Source: Thalia democratica (Eukaryota). From it: 64,000 nucleotides of DNA. Below are positions 12,489-26,291 of this stretch, piece by piece. Position numbers and translations under genes: made by a program. The stretch's first letter is position 1; the number at the start of each line of letters is the position of its first letter. The DNA lies in NCBI GenBank assembly GCA_965202585.1, contig OZ241828.1, forward strand, positions 37,448,001-37,512,000, read 5' to 3'. The notes beneath the pieces are model-generated. The model did no database searches. It saw nothing but the letters and a program-made list of their open reading frames with translations, and was not told the origin of the DNA.

Positions 12489-15284
12489 TTGTAATTGCAT
12501 GTACTTTAAGTTTTAGTATCGTTTAATACAATCTTTAGCTACGTCAACAGTCTGTTATTTATTTAAGTTGTTAGAGAAAAAAGTAAAACAAGCATTATTT
12601 TAAAGTTTTAACCGTATTTTTCATCATAATTATACTAAAAATTTAGTCCATAGCTCTTTATGTTTAGATAAAAGTATTTTTTTTTTTTTTTATAAAATAT
12701 CTATTCTCAAACCCGCTTTCTTGTAGAACTATTCTCATTTAACTCTTTTTACGTGGTTTGTTGACTCAAAATATTTTAATGACTTTTTTTATAATTAAAA
12801 AGCCGTGTTTTTTATCGAATGTACTTTCTGAAACGAAAGCTTCAAAAATTTTTTTTCAGACATATACTTCTTATAGAGAGTCTTTATTTTAAGCTTATTA
12901 TTAGCAATCGCTACATTATTCAAAGTACATCTATCAAAATACTCTAAATTAAAGTTTTTGCTTTCTGACCTCGGTTTAACGGCTACGATACTAATTTATG
13001 TTGTACTTATTAACATATGCTTGAGTGACTCGAAAAAAAAACAACAGTTAACTGTTCTTTCAAAGGGTGAAAACTCGTTTAAAAAACATGTTTACGTATA
13101 TATAAGAACGAAAACATCAAAAAACAAACATGTGTCTTAATTTTTGGTTATAATGTTTTTTAACTCATAAAGCGTTGTTTAGCAAAACATAAGTCATAAC
13201 GAAAAACTTAAAAATGTTTTTGTTTTTAATATATGTTGTTAACTAATTTCAAAGTTTAAAAGAAGTAATATGTTATCGCATTGTTTAAAGACAAAATATA
13301 TGATAAAAAAACAAAAGACTTCAACAAACATTCTATTGAGACAGTTTAACCTTAAGCATGAAATTTTTATGCTTAACTTCTAATAGAGAACCGTATTAAA
13401 AGTTTATACAGATCTCTACTTAAACTAGTCTAAACTTAAGCAACTTTGTTATATGAATAAAAACCATATTTTAGTTTAGAAAAATTGTTTGTTTTAAAAA
13501 ATTTAATTAAACTACTTATACTAAATCTGTTTAACTAAAAAAATAAACCATAAAAATTCAAAGCAATTAATAGGTTGAAAGTATATAAATATAAAACATT
13601 AATTAATCAAAATTTTATATGTAAAACTCAGTTTCACCCTTTAAGGGATCTTCAGTTACAATAAAAATCTGAAAAATAAAAGTAAAACAAAACATGGAAG
13701 ATACTAAAAAGTAAAACAAAACAAGTAAATTAGAATTTGTAAATTATGATATTTAGATAGTTTCTAGTCTTAAACATGAAAATTGTATTTACTAGAATTA
13801 CTTAATAAATTGAAAACTTTAACTTAGGTTTTGAACATAAAACTACTAAATTTAAAAATACAATTAGCTTAAAGTGAAAAAATAAATTAAATGACTTACA
13901 TATTACCATGAACAAAGGGATTTGAATTAGATTTATAACTTGATAAACTACTAGTTTTATATAAATAAGTGTATAAATATGATTTATATCGTTAATCACT
14001 TTATATCAATAAATTATCTAATACAAACTTATTAGCTTTAAAATTTTTCGGTCTAGTATTTTGGTTTAAATAATTAATTTCCATTAGGCTTTCCCTTATT
14101 TAAAATGTTATCTTACTACTAATTGATGATTAATGTACAAGTAAAATAATTTAAAGTCCATTAAAGTTTAAACTATTGGTTTCTAAAAGTTTAACACAAA
14201 AAAAAGTTAAAGCACTTTTCAATTAAACTTTCAAAATCTAGTTCTGTTCAACAAGTCAATGTATTAATTTTTTTAAAACTGTAGTTGTTTCTAGTATATT
14301 TTTATTTTATTTTCTACGCCTTAAGTCGAATTAAAAAAAATCATTTTTTACTTTCTGTATTTTATACATTTCTTATACTATTTGATGCAGATTTTGAAAA
14401 GAGATACATATACACAATAAAATTAAGATCTTTTTTAAAAGGTAATGTATTCTACTAAAATGATAACTTTTCGTTATTTTAAGCATACTCAGATTCTTAT
14501 ATTCATGTTTATTATGTGGGAGCTTGAAAACTTTTCGTCATCTAACTTAACAACTTTCTATCGATGTTATGTTTGTATGTTGATTAATTATCCTAGTTGT
14601 AAGATGTATGTAGTTATAAAACACACTTTATAAACAGCTAGTTAAGCTTAAATTTTAGTTGTTTGACTATAACTGTATCAAAACTTCTAAGTTTATCTCT
14701 TTAAACTTTTAAACAGGTTGTTTGTATTCCAAAATTTTTTTTAACGAAAACGAGAAAAACATAAGTATTTATTTTTTTTTCCTGAAAACTAGAAAAAATA
14801 TTGTTTCTATTTTATCACTTATTCAATTTTTATAAAAAAGTCTATTTAGTTTTGAAGTAAATAAATATCTAAGAAAGAAGCAAAATTTTTTGTGTGATTG
14901 TTATTAAATTGTTTTTTAACTTCTAGACATGAGCTTTACTTGCAAGGCAACAGATACAAAAAGTTGAAAAACTTTCATTTCAAAAAGACAACTTTTCTAT
15001 GTTAAAACATTTAAATAAACAACTTATAAAATATTACTTAATCAGAATAACAATATAACAAACAAGTTTCATTTTTAACATAAATTTTTTTAAGGCATGT
15101 TGGTGTCTAGTCTCTGAACTATTTTGTAGATAAAATTTTCTGTGATGGAAAAAGTGTATGTGTATAAAGTATTTAAAGTTTTATACAGTCAAAACGCTAA
15201 CAAAGACGACACAACAAATATACATATAAAGACATTTTGTTAAAAATCTGTGTTTGTTTATGCAATTTGTAAAGCAAACACGCT

Positions 15285-15430
15285 GATAATGTTGAGCCGG
15301 CTTATTGGCCATCAAAGTATGATTGATGATTGGTTACAAGTTAATTTGCCTGCTAATTACCCCTTGCTTTTTCCCATGCACATCATCGTTTGACCGTAAA
15401 AAGGTGAGCTTCAAAGCCCGTACTTTAGCG
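15285..15430. promoter_or_regulatory. Candidate far-upstream enhancer island
   Basis: GC-richer non-coding block containing TGATTGAT (Pbx-type), CATCAAAG and CTTCAAAG (TCF/LEF-type) and GATTGG. Motif inspection only. Confidence 0.3.
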
Positions 15431-18400
15431 TATTATTTATTTACATGTGTTATGTTACGTTTCTGCAGAAGATTAGAAGTGCACAATGTTGAAAATTGTT
15501 TGAGTGTTTTGTTACTTTGTTGTTGAATGTTTAAGAGTTGTTTTGTTTTAATTTTAAGTAAGTATAAGTTTTTTGTTCTAATTTACTCAGAACACAAAGA
15601 TTTTATTAAAAAAGGTCTGCAACATTTTAATAATAACTAAATGAGTTTATAATTTACTGTATAACTTTTTATTAAACAAATATTTTCTAAGTGAAATTTA
15701 CAATAGTTTTTAAAATTCACAAAATAACTGAGTATAAAAACGTTATATTTGTTTCAGACACAAAAAAAAGTACTAAGATTGTTTCTTGTTTATTCAAGAT
15801 TAAAAGAAAACATAATTCGATTAAGACAGAAAATAATTAAAGCTGTTTTATCAGTTAACTATTATAAGAATTTCTTATTATTCTTATTCTGTTTATCGCA
15901 AGTTTTTCATTAGAAAAATTGCATAAACTATTACTCATCTATTGGTTATGAGAAAAGTAAATTCAGATGTTTGATGATTAGAAATAAAATTCAAAATATT
16001 AACTTTAAGCTCATTAAGTAATAAAATTTGTAGTTTAAAAAAAAAATTAACACTTTATTATAAATCTTAGCTATAAATGTATTAGAGAAAAAACTGCTTG
16101 TTCTTAAAATAGTCATGTGGTGATTTAAAGTCTGTAATTTTGGTTATTATTTAATTAAGGTTTGAAAAAACGTTTGTATTTATAAAAAGTTATAACTCCA
16201 GTATTAATCGAAATTTACTTCAATAAAAGATTTTTAAGATTAAAAGAAAAATTTAAAGCAAAATAAAAAAGTCTGTTTTATTCAGTGTTGTTTTTAAATT
16301 TAAATACTTAGTCAATGGTGCATATGTTTATAAACAGATTAAAAATACTTTTTTCTAATGTTCTTAAGACCAAAGTGTTATTTTAGATGAAAAAAAACTA
16401 AAAAAAAAACCTCAATTAAATATTTTTTTATACCAGTGTACAAAATAAGAGCAACAACTTTATTTATACTAAATGTAATAGCTATTGAACACATATAATA
16501 AAAAAATATTTTTTTCAAAACCGGTTTATTGACAAATAAAACTTTAAAAGCTTACTAATGTAGTTTCAATTGATTTCCTTAGATTACTTTTATCTAGAAT
16601 AAAATTTCAAAACATCGATATAAATTTTACTTGCAGTATACAAATAAATTACAGTAAACTTCTATCAACTTTAAAGTGTTGCATACACTATAATTTTTAA
16701 TTAGAGATTTTTTTACTATTTATAATTTTTGTTTTGAAAAAAAAAACCTTTTATTTTAGAAACTAAAAGTTTATTGTAAAACTTTGAGATTAACAATTTT
16801 CAAGCAGTCTACTGAAAACAGACTAAGAAATTTTTTGAGAGTTGAAGCTAATTACAGATTTTTTTTATACGTTGATTTTCTTATTATTTAGTATGATTAA
16901 ATTTTAAATTTCTGTCAGTGACTAAATAGAAAGTAACTATTTTTACACTATTTTGATTTGAAGTTTAGTTATTTACAAGAAGTTTAGTTATTTTCTTGAA
17001 ATTAATTTTATATAAAAAAACTACAAGTTAAAATGTAAAATAAGATATCTAAAGTAGTACTATTAAATATCATATCAGACTTTTTTATTTAAAATAAATT
17101 TTAGTAAGTTTATCAAAACAAAAAATTTAATATATCTAAAGTTAAACATGTTTTAATCATATAAAATGTTGAAAATAAAACTAGTTTAAATTATTAAAAA
17201 AAACTAAGACTTTAAACTGTTCATATTAAACAAACTATTTCCGGTAGAACGCGCTATACTGATGCTTGTTACGGTTTTAAAGTGAATGTAAACACTTTAA
17301 AAAAATGTATATTATGGTTTTATAAAAATTGTTAAGTTAAACAAAAAAGCATATAAATAGTTTTTATTGTAAAAAAATATATACAGTTTTTATGGTCGTA
17401 AGAAAAACGTTGAAAAAGAAAATATTCAGAAAAAAGGTCGATTAAAATCAGAGTTTTGAATAATTTTAACTGAAACATTATACTGTCTTGTTGTACCTAT
17501 TAAAAAAAAAAAAAACTCATTTGAAAATATAAACAGAAGTTTACTATTTTCATTTCAAAAGGTAGTTGGATTATTGTTAGTTAATACAAATCGTTTATGT
17601 ACTTTTAAGTAAAGTTTGAAAAAAACCTATACAATTTAAATAATTAAGACACAAACAAACATTTTCTAATTAGAAATAAGATACTTTTTTTTACAATGTT
17701 ATTTTGTTTTTCGTGTTCTTCAAAAAAAATTAAAAAAATAACAAAGTTAAAACTGTACATTAAGATTTTAATTACGTTTATTACAGTTTATTTTTTAATT
17801 AGACAAGTATTAATTAATCATTATATGAAATTTCTATAAGAATAGTTGTGTTTATTTGTTTATATTATGTTAAGTACAAGTTATTTTTTTTGTTAGCTAA
17901 ACTTGTTTGTTTTAAATTTTTGTTTGTTGACTTTTTGTTGTTTAATTTAGACTTAAGTAGCTTGAAACAGGTATTAAAGAAAAAAGATTAATAATCTCTA
18001 AGTAAATAACAATATAGAATGTTTGTTTTTCAGGGATTTTCACAAAATTGATAAGATTTAAAATCTTTTACAAATAGATATACCATTGATTGAGTAAAAA
18101 GAAAGTAGAATATCTTGAATCTACTATTACTATTACATGTTTTTGTTTAAATTGAAAAGTACAATATCAATTTTTTCAAAAGCCTTATTTAAGTATACGT
18201 ACTACTCATTAAAATAAAAGCTACAATCGCTGATTATTAATTTGCTTAAATATTTAAGTATAAGTAACTTTAACCATATGTTTATAGTCTACAATTATAA
18301 AACTTATAATAATAAAGTTTAAACAAATATATTTTAAGTTTTTAGTATATAGTTTAAATTATACTTCAACTTAATTTTTTATACTAAAGTATATTTTTGC

Positions 18401-19112
18401 AAGTATTTGGAATGTTTTGAATTGTTAGGTTGTATGGTATTTTACCTATAAAAAAAAGGTACTGTACAGTTTTAACCTGTCACTAAAGCTAAACTTAGAA
18501 TAAAAAACAAAAGTGTTTCCTCTTTAAAGGCATATCTATTTAGAAAATTTATAAATTTTACTACAATGTAGCTAAACTTATAACTTCTTGTATAACTGTC
18601 AATGTAACAGTATTTTTTAAACTATGTTTTCGTAAAAACTTTGACGTTTTATCGAAGTAGTCAAACCTTATTTACGTTTACTATTTTGTTACTAATTAAA
18701 AACTATTAATGTTAGACTATATTCGTAGTTTATGTATTTGAAATAGTACAAAAAAAATAGTATCCTGTTTAATACAATACTAAAAATCAAGTTGAAAAGT
18801 TACTCTCAAATATTAGTATTGGTAGACAAATTTAAATAAATAAATAAATTCATCTCTTAAATTGTAATAAAACAACTGTTCAAATGAAAAAAAAGTAACT
18901 CGTACATTTTATGCAAGTTTAATTCACGCATAACTTACCTTTTGACTTGCTCTGCAAACCAAAAGGTTAACGAATTGCTCACCGCATGAAAACAACACAA
19001 TTCCATTCAGACAAATTCACAATGGGGCTCGCACTTTCAAATGAATCGTGCAATAATTTGCATTACCATTACTTCGCTGTAAAACACAAACTATTTTGCT
19101 CGCCCCAACTTC

Positions 19113-19316
19113 AAGCCACCGATTACTCAAATCTCAAGCCGAAAGCACAAATATGCAGGCGCCCTGCTGTCTATCACCCCGTTCTGGATAAAAAAGTCTC
19201 CCCTTTTCATCAAAATTGCGGGCGCCAACGTGTTGCGCGACCATTGTGTCCCCTTCTTACGTGAAAAGATTGATCGCTCCGTTGAAAATTGTGCATAACG
19301 CAAAAACGCCATTTTG
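19113..19316 (-). promoter_or_regulatory. Paralogous cis-regulatory module A (upstream copy)
   Basis: The reverse complement shares ordered blocks with 54376-54548: CAAAATGGCGTT, CGATCAATCTT, AAGGGG(A/G)CACAATGG, TGGCGCCCGCA and GGCGCCTGC. Confidence 0.7.
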
Positions 19317-22300
19317 TCGCAAATGATGCACTTTTTTATAATTGATAGTTTCGATTTAGCAAAAAAACATTATGCAAATTCGTACAAATTGTAAAAAGCA
19401 GTGGGTAATAAAATATTGTTTTATAATGAGAAGAAAAAAAAAACTTTAAGCACAACTCTCACTTCCTTAAGATTGTGCAATTTTATAGGCCTTATACAAA
19501 TGAAATTGACCATTGAAACAAATAATGGCCTGATATTGATAAAGTAACATATGTTTTAATTGACTGTGACTGCCCAAATTTTTATCCTGCTTACGGAGAT
19601 TGATAGAAACAAAAGTTTTTTTTAGAAAATTACAACAAATACACTATTATGTGGTTAAATGGATTGTTTTAGAACATTTTACAGTTTGAATTAAATTATA
19701 ACATAAGTACTAGTAAAAAATTTTACAAATGCTAACTAGTTTTAATTTTGATAATAAATTTTTTCCTTAAAAAATACAAAGGTTTTTATTATGTTGACAA
19801 AAGTAACTTATAATCGAATTCAACACTTTTAAACAAAATTGTTCAGTAAATTATCACTAAAAACATTAAGTTTTAAAGTTGATAAATATTTAAATGGTTT
19901 AAGTTAAGTATAGCGTATTTTAGCTGGCGGATTGTATACATAAGTGAGTATTCTTATCTTTGAAATTGTCATATCTTTTTGTATTTTCGCGACAATAGAT
20001 CTGCTATTGACCATTAAGCAACGTTAAAAAAAAAAATTAACCCTGGGCGCTTTTCAACTCACCGCTTTGTTTACAGTTTGTTAATAAACGACGCTTTAAG
20101 CTTTTAATTTTTCCACTTAATTTCATTTAAAGTTTGAAGAAAAACTAGACAGTCGTTGCTATTAAATTATTGAAGCTGTTTGCAAAAGCTCATTTTGTTT
20201 TAAAGCAACAGGCAGGCAGTGCAAAGTACTTGAGCGATTGATTGCATCTTAAACACTTTTAAAGTGACCTAAATCCCAGCGAGAGGCACGAGATACGCTC
20301 GGCGAAATATGCACAAACTTCCCAGCTTTCCGATGCTTATCAACGCCGATTATGGAGCTTTAAAACGGGATGAATTATAGATAATTTCCGATAAGCCAAC
20401 ACCGCTTAGCACAGAAATTAAACACTTTTGAACGAGCGCTTTGTGTTTTGATTCGGATACAGTTTGTGTTTTGTGTGATTGCACACAAGGCTAAAAATAG
20501 ACTTAGATGATTAGTATAGAATAAAATATAGCTTGCTTTTGAAAAAAACGTACAATGTTTTGATATAGATTTGAAAGCAAAAAATTTTAGTTGTTAATTT
20601 AGTTTATCATACTTTATTTTTTTTTTGTTCTTTTGATATAATACAAATGTATAATACTTAATAGAATTTTTGGTAAAATTAAGCCAAAATTTTTAAACCG
20701 TCTAAAATGAGTTGGATATTGATTTACTTGTGTTGTAAAGCTAGTCATAGAACTTATACTACTCAAAAATTAAACGTTTATTTGTTTATTGATTTAACAT
20801 ACAACTTATAACTTAAGTTATTTATTAAAAGTTAAAACTTAACTTTTGAAGTAGTTAATATTAAATGAACACTTATAAAAAAGTTGTGTTATAACACTGT
20901 AATATATAACATTTTACTAAAACTTAATAAAGTACTTTTAGTACAATAATTAACAAAACAAAACTGCACTAAACATCTTCATTAACTTTAACTTACCACT
21001 GGCTGTTTAATTAACAAAGCCTGAACAATCTTATTTGATGTAAAATTTATTTTACCAACCAGTTCAAGCATGAAGGGAAAATAAATATTTGTTCCGATGC
21101 ACTACACTAGTCATACAAATATTCTGTGGGAGCTCATGAAACAAAGCACCTTTAATTGGCAAGTCAATACGACCGGATCAAATTCAACTCGAACTTCTAA
21201 AAATAGAGAAGGGAAATTAAAATAACCCGGTCAATTGGCAGCGAGTTAGAAGGGCTCAGTGGAAGCTACGAAAAACTCATCCAAATATTTACCGTAGACG
21301 AAATCATGACGTAATATTTGATTTCGAAGGACAAAAGTTCATCTTGCCTGGGTGCTACAAAAACAAACTTGAGTTGATGGTTGTCTGTGCTTTGTTTTTG
21401 TTTTCTAATTGCGAGTAGGTAGCTTTGCAGCGCCAAAAATCATTAAAGTTTTGCTTGAAAGTTATTGCCCATGATTGTAATGTTTATTAAACAAGTAATT
21501 ATAGTTAGAGTTAATTATTTGATTTAAAGTATTCTTTTTTCATATTAAAGTACTCATAGCTTACTTTTAGTGCAATTTTGAAATTTGTCATCAGTTTATA
21601 TCTAATTTAATTCAGAACTATTCAAATAAGTTGCGACTGTGGATAGGTAATTGATCCACAATAATCACTTTAGAAAAGTAATAAAATAGCCAGTTACACT
21701 TAATTATGGCATGTTGATAAAACGACGTTATTAGTTGTATAAACATATACCTTCACGCTTTTATAATTACTTTTTAAGTGAAAGTCTATTATGGTTGTTG
21801 TTGTTAAGAAGCTTAACTTTGTTTAAATGCGTGGTGTTGTATGAAGTCGTGAGAAAATTTTAAAGTTTAAAAAGACAACAATGCTATCTTGATGTCAGTG
21901 AAACATGTTAAAAGTAACTTTGGTTCTGTTGTATTTAGCAGCTTTTAAAAGTGTAATATATTTTGAATATAACGCTGAGTTGTGTGTCTAAAACTACAAG
22001 CCACTTAGCGCTTTGTGAAACTACAATGCTAGCTGAAAAAGTACAAAAGAATCTAAAATAAAATAAAATCAGTTTCATTTATAACACAGCTTGTTTGTTG
22101 CTAAATACAAAACTTTCTTGCAACTCAACTTAAACCAACTTAAACTCAATACAACTGATACTGTGGTGGGTTCTTAAAGGTGTTTCTTTAATTCCTTTTA
22201 TTGTTACAAAGTTTATCTAAAGTTCAAATCTTATTTTGATTGTGTCGAAATGTAGTAGAATTCGTTGGTACACCGCTAGTGCTTACGTAACAATAGACTT

Positions 22301-22699
22301 GTAAAAAAAATATTGAAAATGCTAGAAAGTTGAATTAGTTAAAGCTGTATTTTTTTTAATAAACTTTTTTTTTGTTATAGTTAAAATACTAAAAACAAGT
22401 AAAACAAATACTTGATCACAAACCTATTCATATAAAGTTTCCTGAAATCGTTATTGTTGTATGAAAATTAGAAGCTTTATTTTGTAAAGTTAAAGCTTGT
22501 ATAGACGATAAAAAGTATGATACTTTTTACATCTTAAGTAAATTAATCGATTATACTCCAAAGCTTAACAAAACTTGGTGAAGTAAACACATTTACGCTT
22601 TGTTATTATTAATTTATCAGCATATATTTTTTTTAGTCTTACACAAAATTGCAGTCACGCTTACGTTAAAAAGTTATAATTACAAAAGACACCGAGTTT

Positions 22700-23446
22700 G
22701 AAAACAAGCGATTTGTTTCATCAAAAGTCGCACTTAAAACGCTTCATATCGCCAAGATAAAGCAGTCATGAAAAATATATTATGACTCCGACTTGTTTTG
22801 TGCAAGTTAACGCAAAGAGCCAACATCAAACGGCCGAGTTGAGTTTTTAATAAATTTAATCGCACGTATCTTTTTGAAAAATCAATTCATATTTTTTATC
22901 TTAACTTCTCCCGGTAAACAGCAACAGCAGCAGCGGCAGACCGTGTTTTCGTTAGAAACACCACTAGAGCGTCCAAAAAAAATTACGAAACAGTTGCACC
23001 AGTGGCACTTCAAACAATTATCAGATCGCAATCTAAACAACCAGCGCACTAAAAATAAGCGACTTCTAACAGACAGCGAGAGGCCCCTTCTTACACCGGA
23101 GATAATTATTCACGCGATTTGTGAGAAATCAAAGCGTGCAAAAGTGGGAGGCACGTCCGGCCGGTCAAAAGTGCTTATTCGTAAACTCTGCTTGCAACCC
23201 TTGAAAAGTTGATTTCAATTGGCAGCGTAAACACAAAAATGCTTTCAACTGGCCGCGAGTCGAACCGCGCGCACGGTAGCTCGCCGGCCGAGCCCCCGAG
23301 GCGATAGTGGACGCTCCGGTGTGTGAGAATCACGGGAGAGACCACCAGTGAGCTGTTTGTTGCACACATTTGTCCTTTTATGCGTTTGTTTCAAAGGCTG
23401 CCCGCACCGGCGTCTTACGCTCCGGCGGAACACAATCGAAACGGTC
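22700..23446 (+). promoter_or_regulatory. Candidate distal promoter or non-coding first exon of the GATA gene
   Basis: CpG-rich island 3 kb upstream of the start codon, with GATA sites (AGATAA near 22755 and 23100) and a possible donor GTAAGA at 23447. Confidence 0.3.
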
Positions 23447-24419
23447 GTAAGAGCTTACGATATTTCATGCATCGGGTAGAAAAAGTTTAAACAAAGTTTA
23501 AAGTGATGGGGTCGCGGAGTTAAAAGTTTAAGTTATTAATGTGTTTTTGTTAGTAGAACTCTTCAACGGACTAAGTATTTTTTTTTGAAAAATACTTTTA
23601 ATGTAACTTCTAGCAAGTGTTGCGAGAAGTTATGGCTTGGTTGAATACTTTTTAAGGTTTATTTTTCCGACTTGACTTTTTGCTAATAGTTAAGTGGTTG
23701 CATATATAATGATTTTGTTCTAAATTTTAAAATATTTTTAACCTTTAAGATATTGTGAATAGTTGGCTAGTTTAAAAAATATATAAGCTTAAGAGTAAAA
23801 ATAAACATTAAAAACATATAATTTGTTAAATAAACAAACACAATTATCTAAAACTTTTTAGTAAACCTACTTATAGTAAACTTAAATCTAGTAAACAGAA
23901 TTTTAGATAAACTTAAAAACTTTAATTTTTTAAGCTGTTGAACTTTTGTAGTGTTAAGTTGCTTATCTAATAATTTATCAAAGAAATTAAATTACCTAAT
24001 AAAAAATATAGTTCAACAATTAAATTATAAATTCTTTTTGTACAGTATTGTAATTTATTTTAGTGAAAGTTTTCATTTTTCAAATAATTAAAATTAAAAC
24101 AGCTTAAAAAATTAAAGTTTCCTTTTAGTATATTTATCAATAAATTGTTTACGGTATCACAAGCAGATTATCTTGTTTGTAGGTTAGTTATCAAGCATAT
24201 TCATTCAAAATTAAGTATATATTTATACAAAAAGAAACAAAATGCTATTTGGAGTGTAATTGTTCAGAGTGTAGTTTAAATTGGTCGAGTTTAAAACAAA
24301 TCACAAGACGTTGATTATATTAGAGGAAAAGTATTAGTTTGAATAAGCATTTGGAAAACAGTTTACTTGTTGCTATTTCGAAAAAAAAATCATACAGGCT
24401 TTAACGTTCGAATCACCAC

Positions 24420-24612
24420 AGTTTCAATTACTCGTACAAGCAACCTACAAGCCTTGCCTTAAAACCCAAAACGCATTCGGATCTCAAAACTCGAGTTCGG
24501 TCATCGCAAAGTTTTCCCGGAGATCTCACAAGATGCGCGGAAGAGCAGCGTGTGCATGAAGCGAGAGAGGCGAGGAGAGGAAGGCGGAAGGCGAAGGTGG
24601 CACTTGAGCGAG
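24420..24612 (+). other. Candidate second non-coding 5' exon of the GATA gene
   Basis: GC- and purine-rich island ending at a strong donor GAG|GTGAGC (24613). The 5' boundary is a guess. Confidence 0.35.
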
Positions 24613-25599
24613 GTGAGCAGTACAAAGCATTACGCGCAGGGTCGATGGCGCACAAGTTGTTTGCAAATACTCCAAACAGAACTTGTCAGAAGTGAGTTGA
24701 AGAGTCGCAGCGGATGCAGAAAAAAGTTTTCAGGGTCTTGAGAAGTTTAGTATGGTTTGTAAAAAGTTAAAAACAAAGGAAATAAGTGTGAGCTTTGGAA
24801 ATAAGGAAAAAGCGAGGGAAAAATTTTAGCTAATTAGGTTCATCGATGTGGACAAAATGTTAGGAATAAAAAAGTTAAAATAAAGTTTTAGTACAAAAGC
24901 TTTAGTAACGTTTGTTTTGGAACCGTAAGAAGCACGCTGATTTTAGGTTAAACGAATTTGAAATGACTTTTTAAGTTAACTTAAGTTTTAGATTTAGCTA
25001 ATTTGTTTAATATATAGAATATATGGTGATAGAAGTAAATTTGTATCAATAAAAGATACCATTGTTGTTTTTAGTAACATTATAACAAACGTTTGAGATT
25101 ATAAGTTTATCTTTGTGTTAGTTTAACAAATAAATTAAGCGTTTTGAAACTATAAAGTTAAAAGAGAAACAGATTTTAAAAATCATTAATGTCTGAGATA
25201 CTTTTGGTTTTGTTTATATTTTTGTTGTAAAAATTACTAAAGTATTTTATATGTGTAGTTATCTTATATTTTATAGTTACATTACTTTTTTTTTGCATCA
25301 AGTTATGCATATCGCTAATGTATATATATTGTTTTCAAAAAACTAACTACGTATGTAAATTGACATAAAGTTGTATTGTGTATTGTTTGGTAGTCCGAAC
25401 ATTACTATTCGAGATCTACACCGAATTAAGTTAACAGCCGTCTACGTAAAAAACTTTCGCATGAAAAATGTCCAAGTGACCCTTGACGATGTTTAATTGC
25501 GCGGTGCCATGTAAAAATACACCGAAAAGTAGGCGATAACAGCAACAAACGGGCTAAACCGTTTAAAACAATCAGTTTTGTAAACAGCTAATCACAAAA

Positions 25600-25800
25600 G
25601 ATTAAGTCGGACGCAGGCCAGCGCGCATTAACAGACATTGTTAGCAGGTTCATCCGATACGCGATTAAAATGCAAACAAATCACTTTTTCTTTCGCCGTT
25701 CGACGCACAAAATGGCCGCCGCCACTTAAGTATCAAGTTTCCGCGCACACCAATCAGATAAGGCGCGCACCGGGCAAGATGTGTTGAGAGAAAACAGAAT
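25600..25800 (+). promoter_or_regulatory. Proximal regulatory/promoter island of the GATA gene
   Basis: CpG-rich, with a YY1-type CAAAATGGCCGCC (25708-25720) and an overlapping CCAAT/GATA element, CCAATCAGATAAGG (about 25750-25763). Confidence 0.4.
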
Positions 25801-26032
25801 AAATGCGCTCATGCCGACTATTAATTCAAAGCCAATTTCAAATGTACGGTGCGTAAGCAAGTTAAGGAGATTATGTGTGTGTGAGTACAAGAAATACTTT
25901 GAGTATCAGTTGAATTGCAAGAAAAAATTCTCACAGTGGTAATTTAAGGCTTAGCAAACTCGATAGTGAAATACTTTATTAAAATTAAAAATAATTTAAA
26001 GCAGACTTTATAAACAAGCAAAAAAAGTCGCG

Positions 26033-26291
26033 ATGATTCCAAGCAGGGACAACTCGAACCGCTGGTTCCAGACCAACGGGATCGGGTCCAACCACCACGT
26101 CAATGCGGACAACTCGGGCTTCTACCCCAGTAGCTATGCCAACGCGCACCTGGGCACCGGGGCGTGGGACGGGCACGGGTACCCGGGTCCGAAGATGGAC
26201 GCCAGCGTGGAAACTCTGGAGTACTTCCAGCAGATGGCAGCAGACCAGCAGAACTCGTCGTTTCCGCTCAACCCGTTTCAAATGTATCCAG
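26033..26291 (+). CDS. GATA1/2/3: GATA1/2/3-class transcription factor, coding exon 1
   Basis: GC-rich ORF MIPSRDNSNRWFQ...PFQMYP. A phase-1 donor GTTTGT at 26292 joins in frame to exon 2. Confidence 0.8.

Noticed and set aside
18986-19312. ORFs 18986-19264 (+) and 19127-19312 (-)
   Set aside because: No recognisable domain or splice support. They overlap module A, whose indel-tolerant block conservation is non-coding in character.
22874-23433. 112-aa ORF with a poly-Q stretch and two antisense ORFs
   Set aside because: Non-ATG start and no homology seen; open frames are expected in a GC-rich island.
24406-24414. B-box-like GTTCGAATC mirrored at 52514-52522, and a 19/20 match of 25561-25580 to 52460-52478, as possible remnants of the duplicated promoter region
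   Set aside because: Collinear with the mirror but short and AT-rich, and GTTCGAATC also occurs at 37662. Not distinguishable from chance without alignment statistics.
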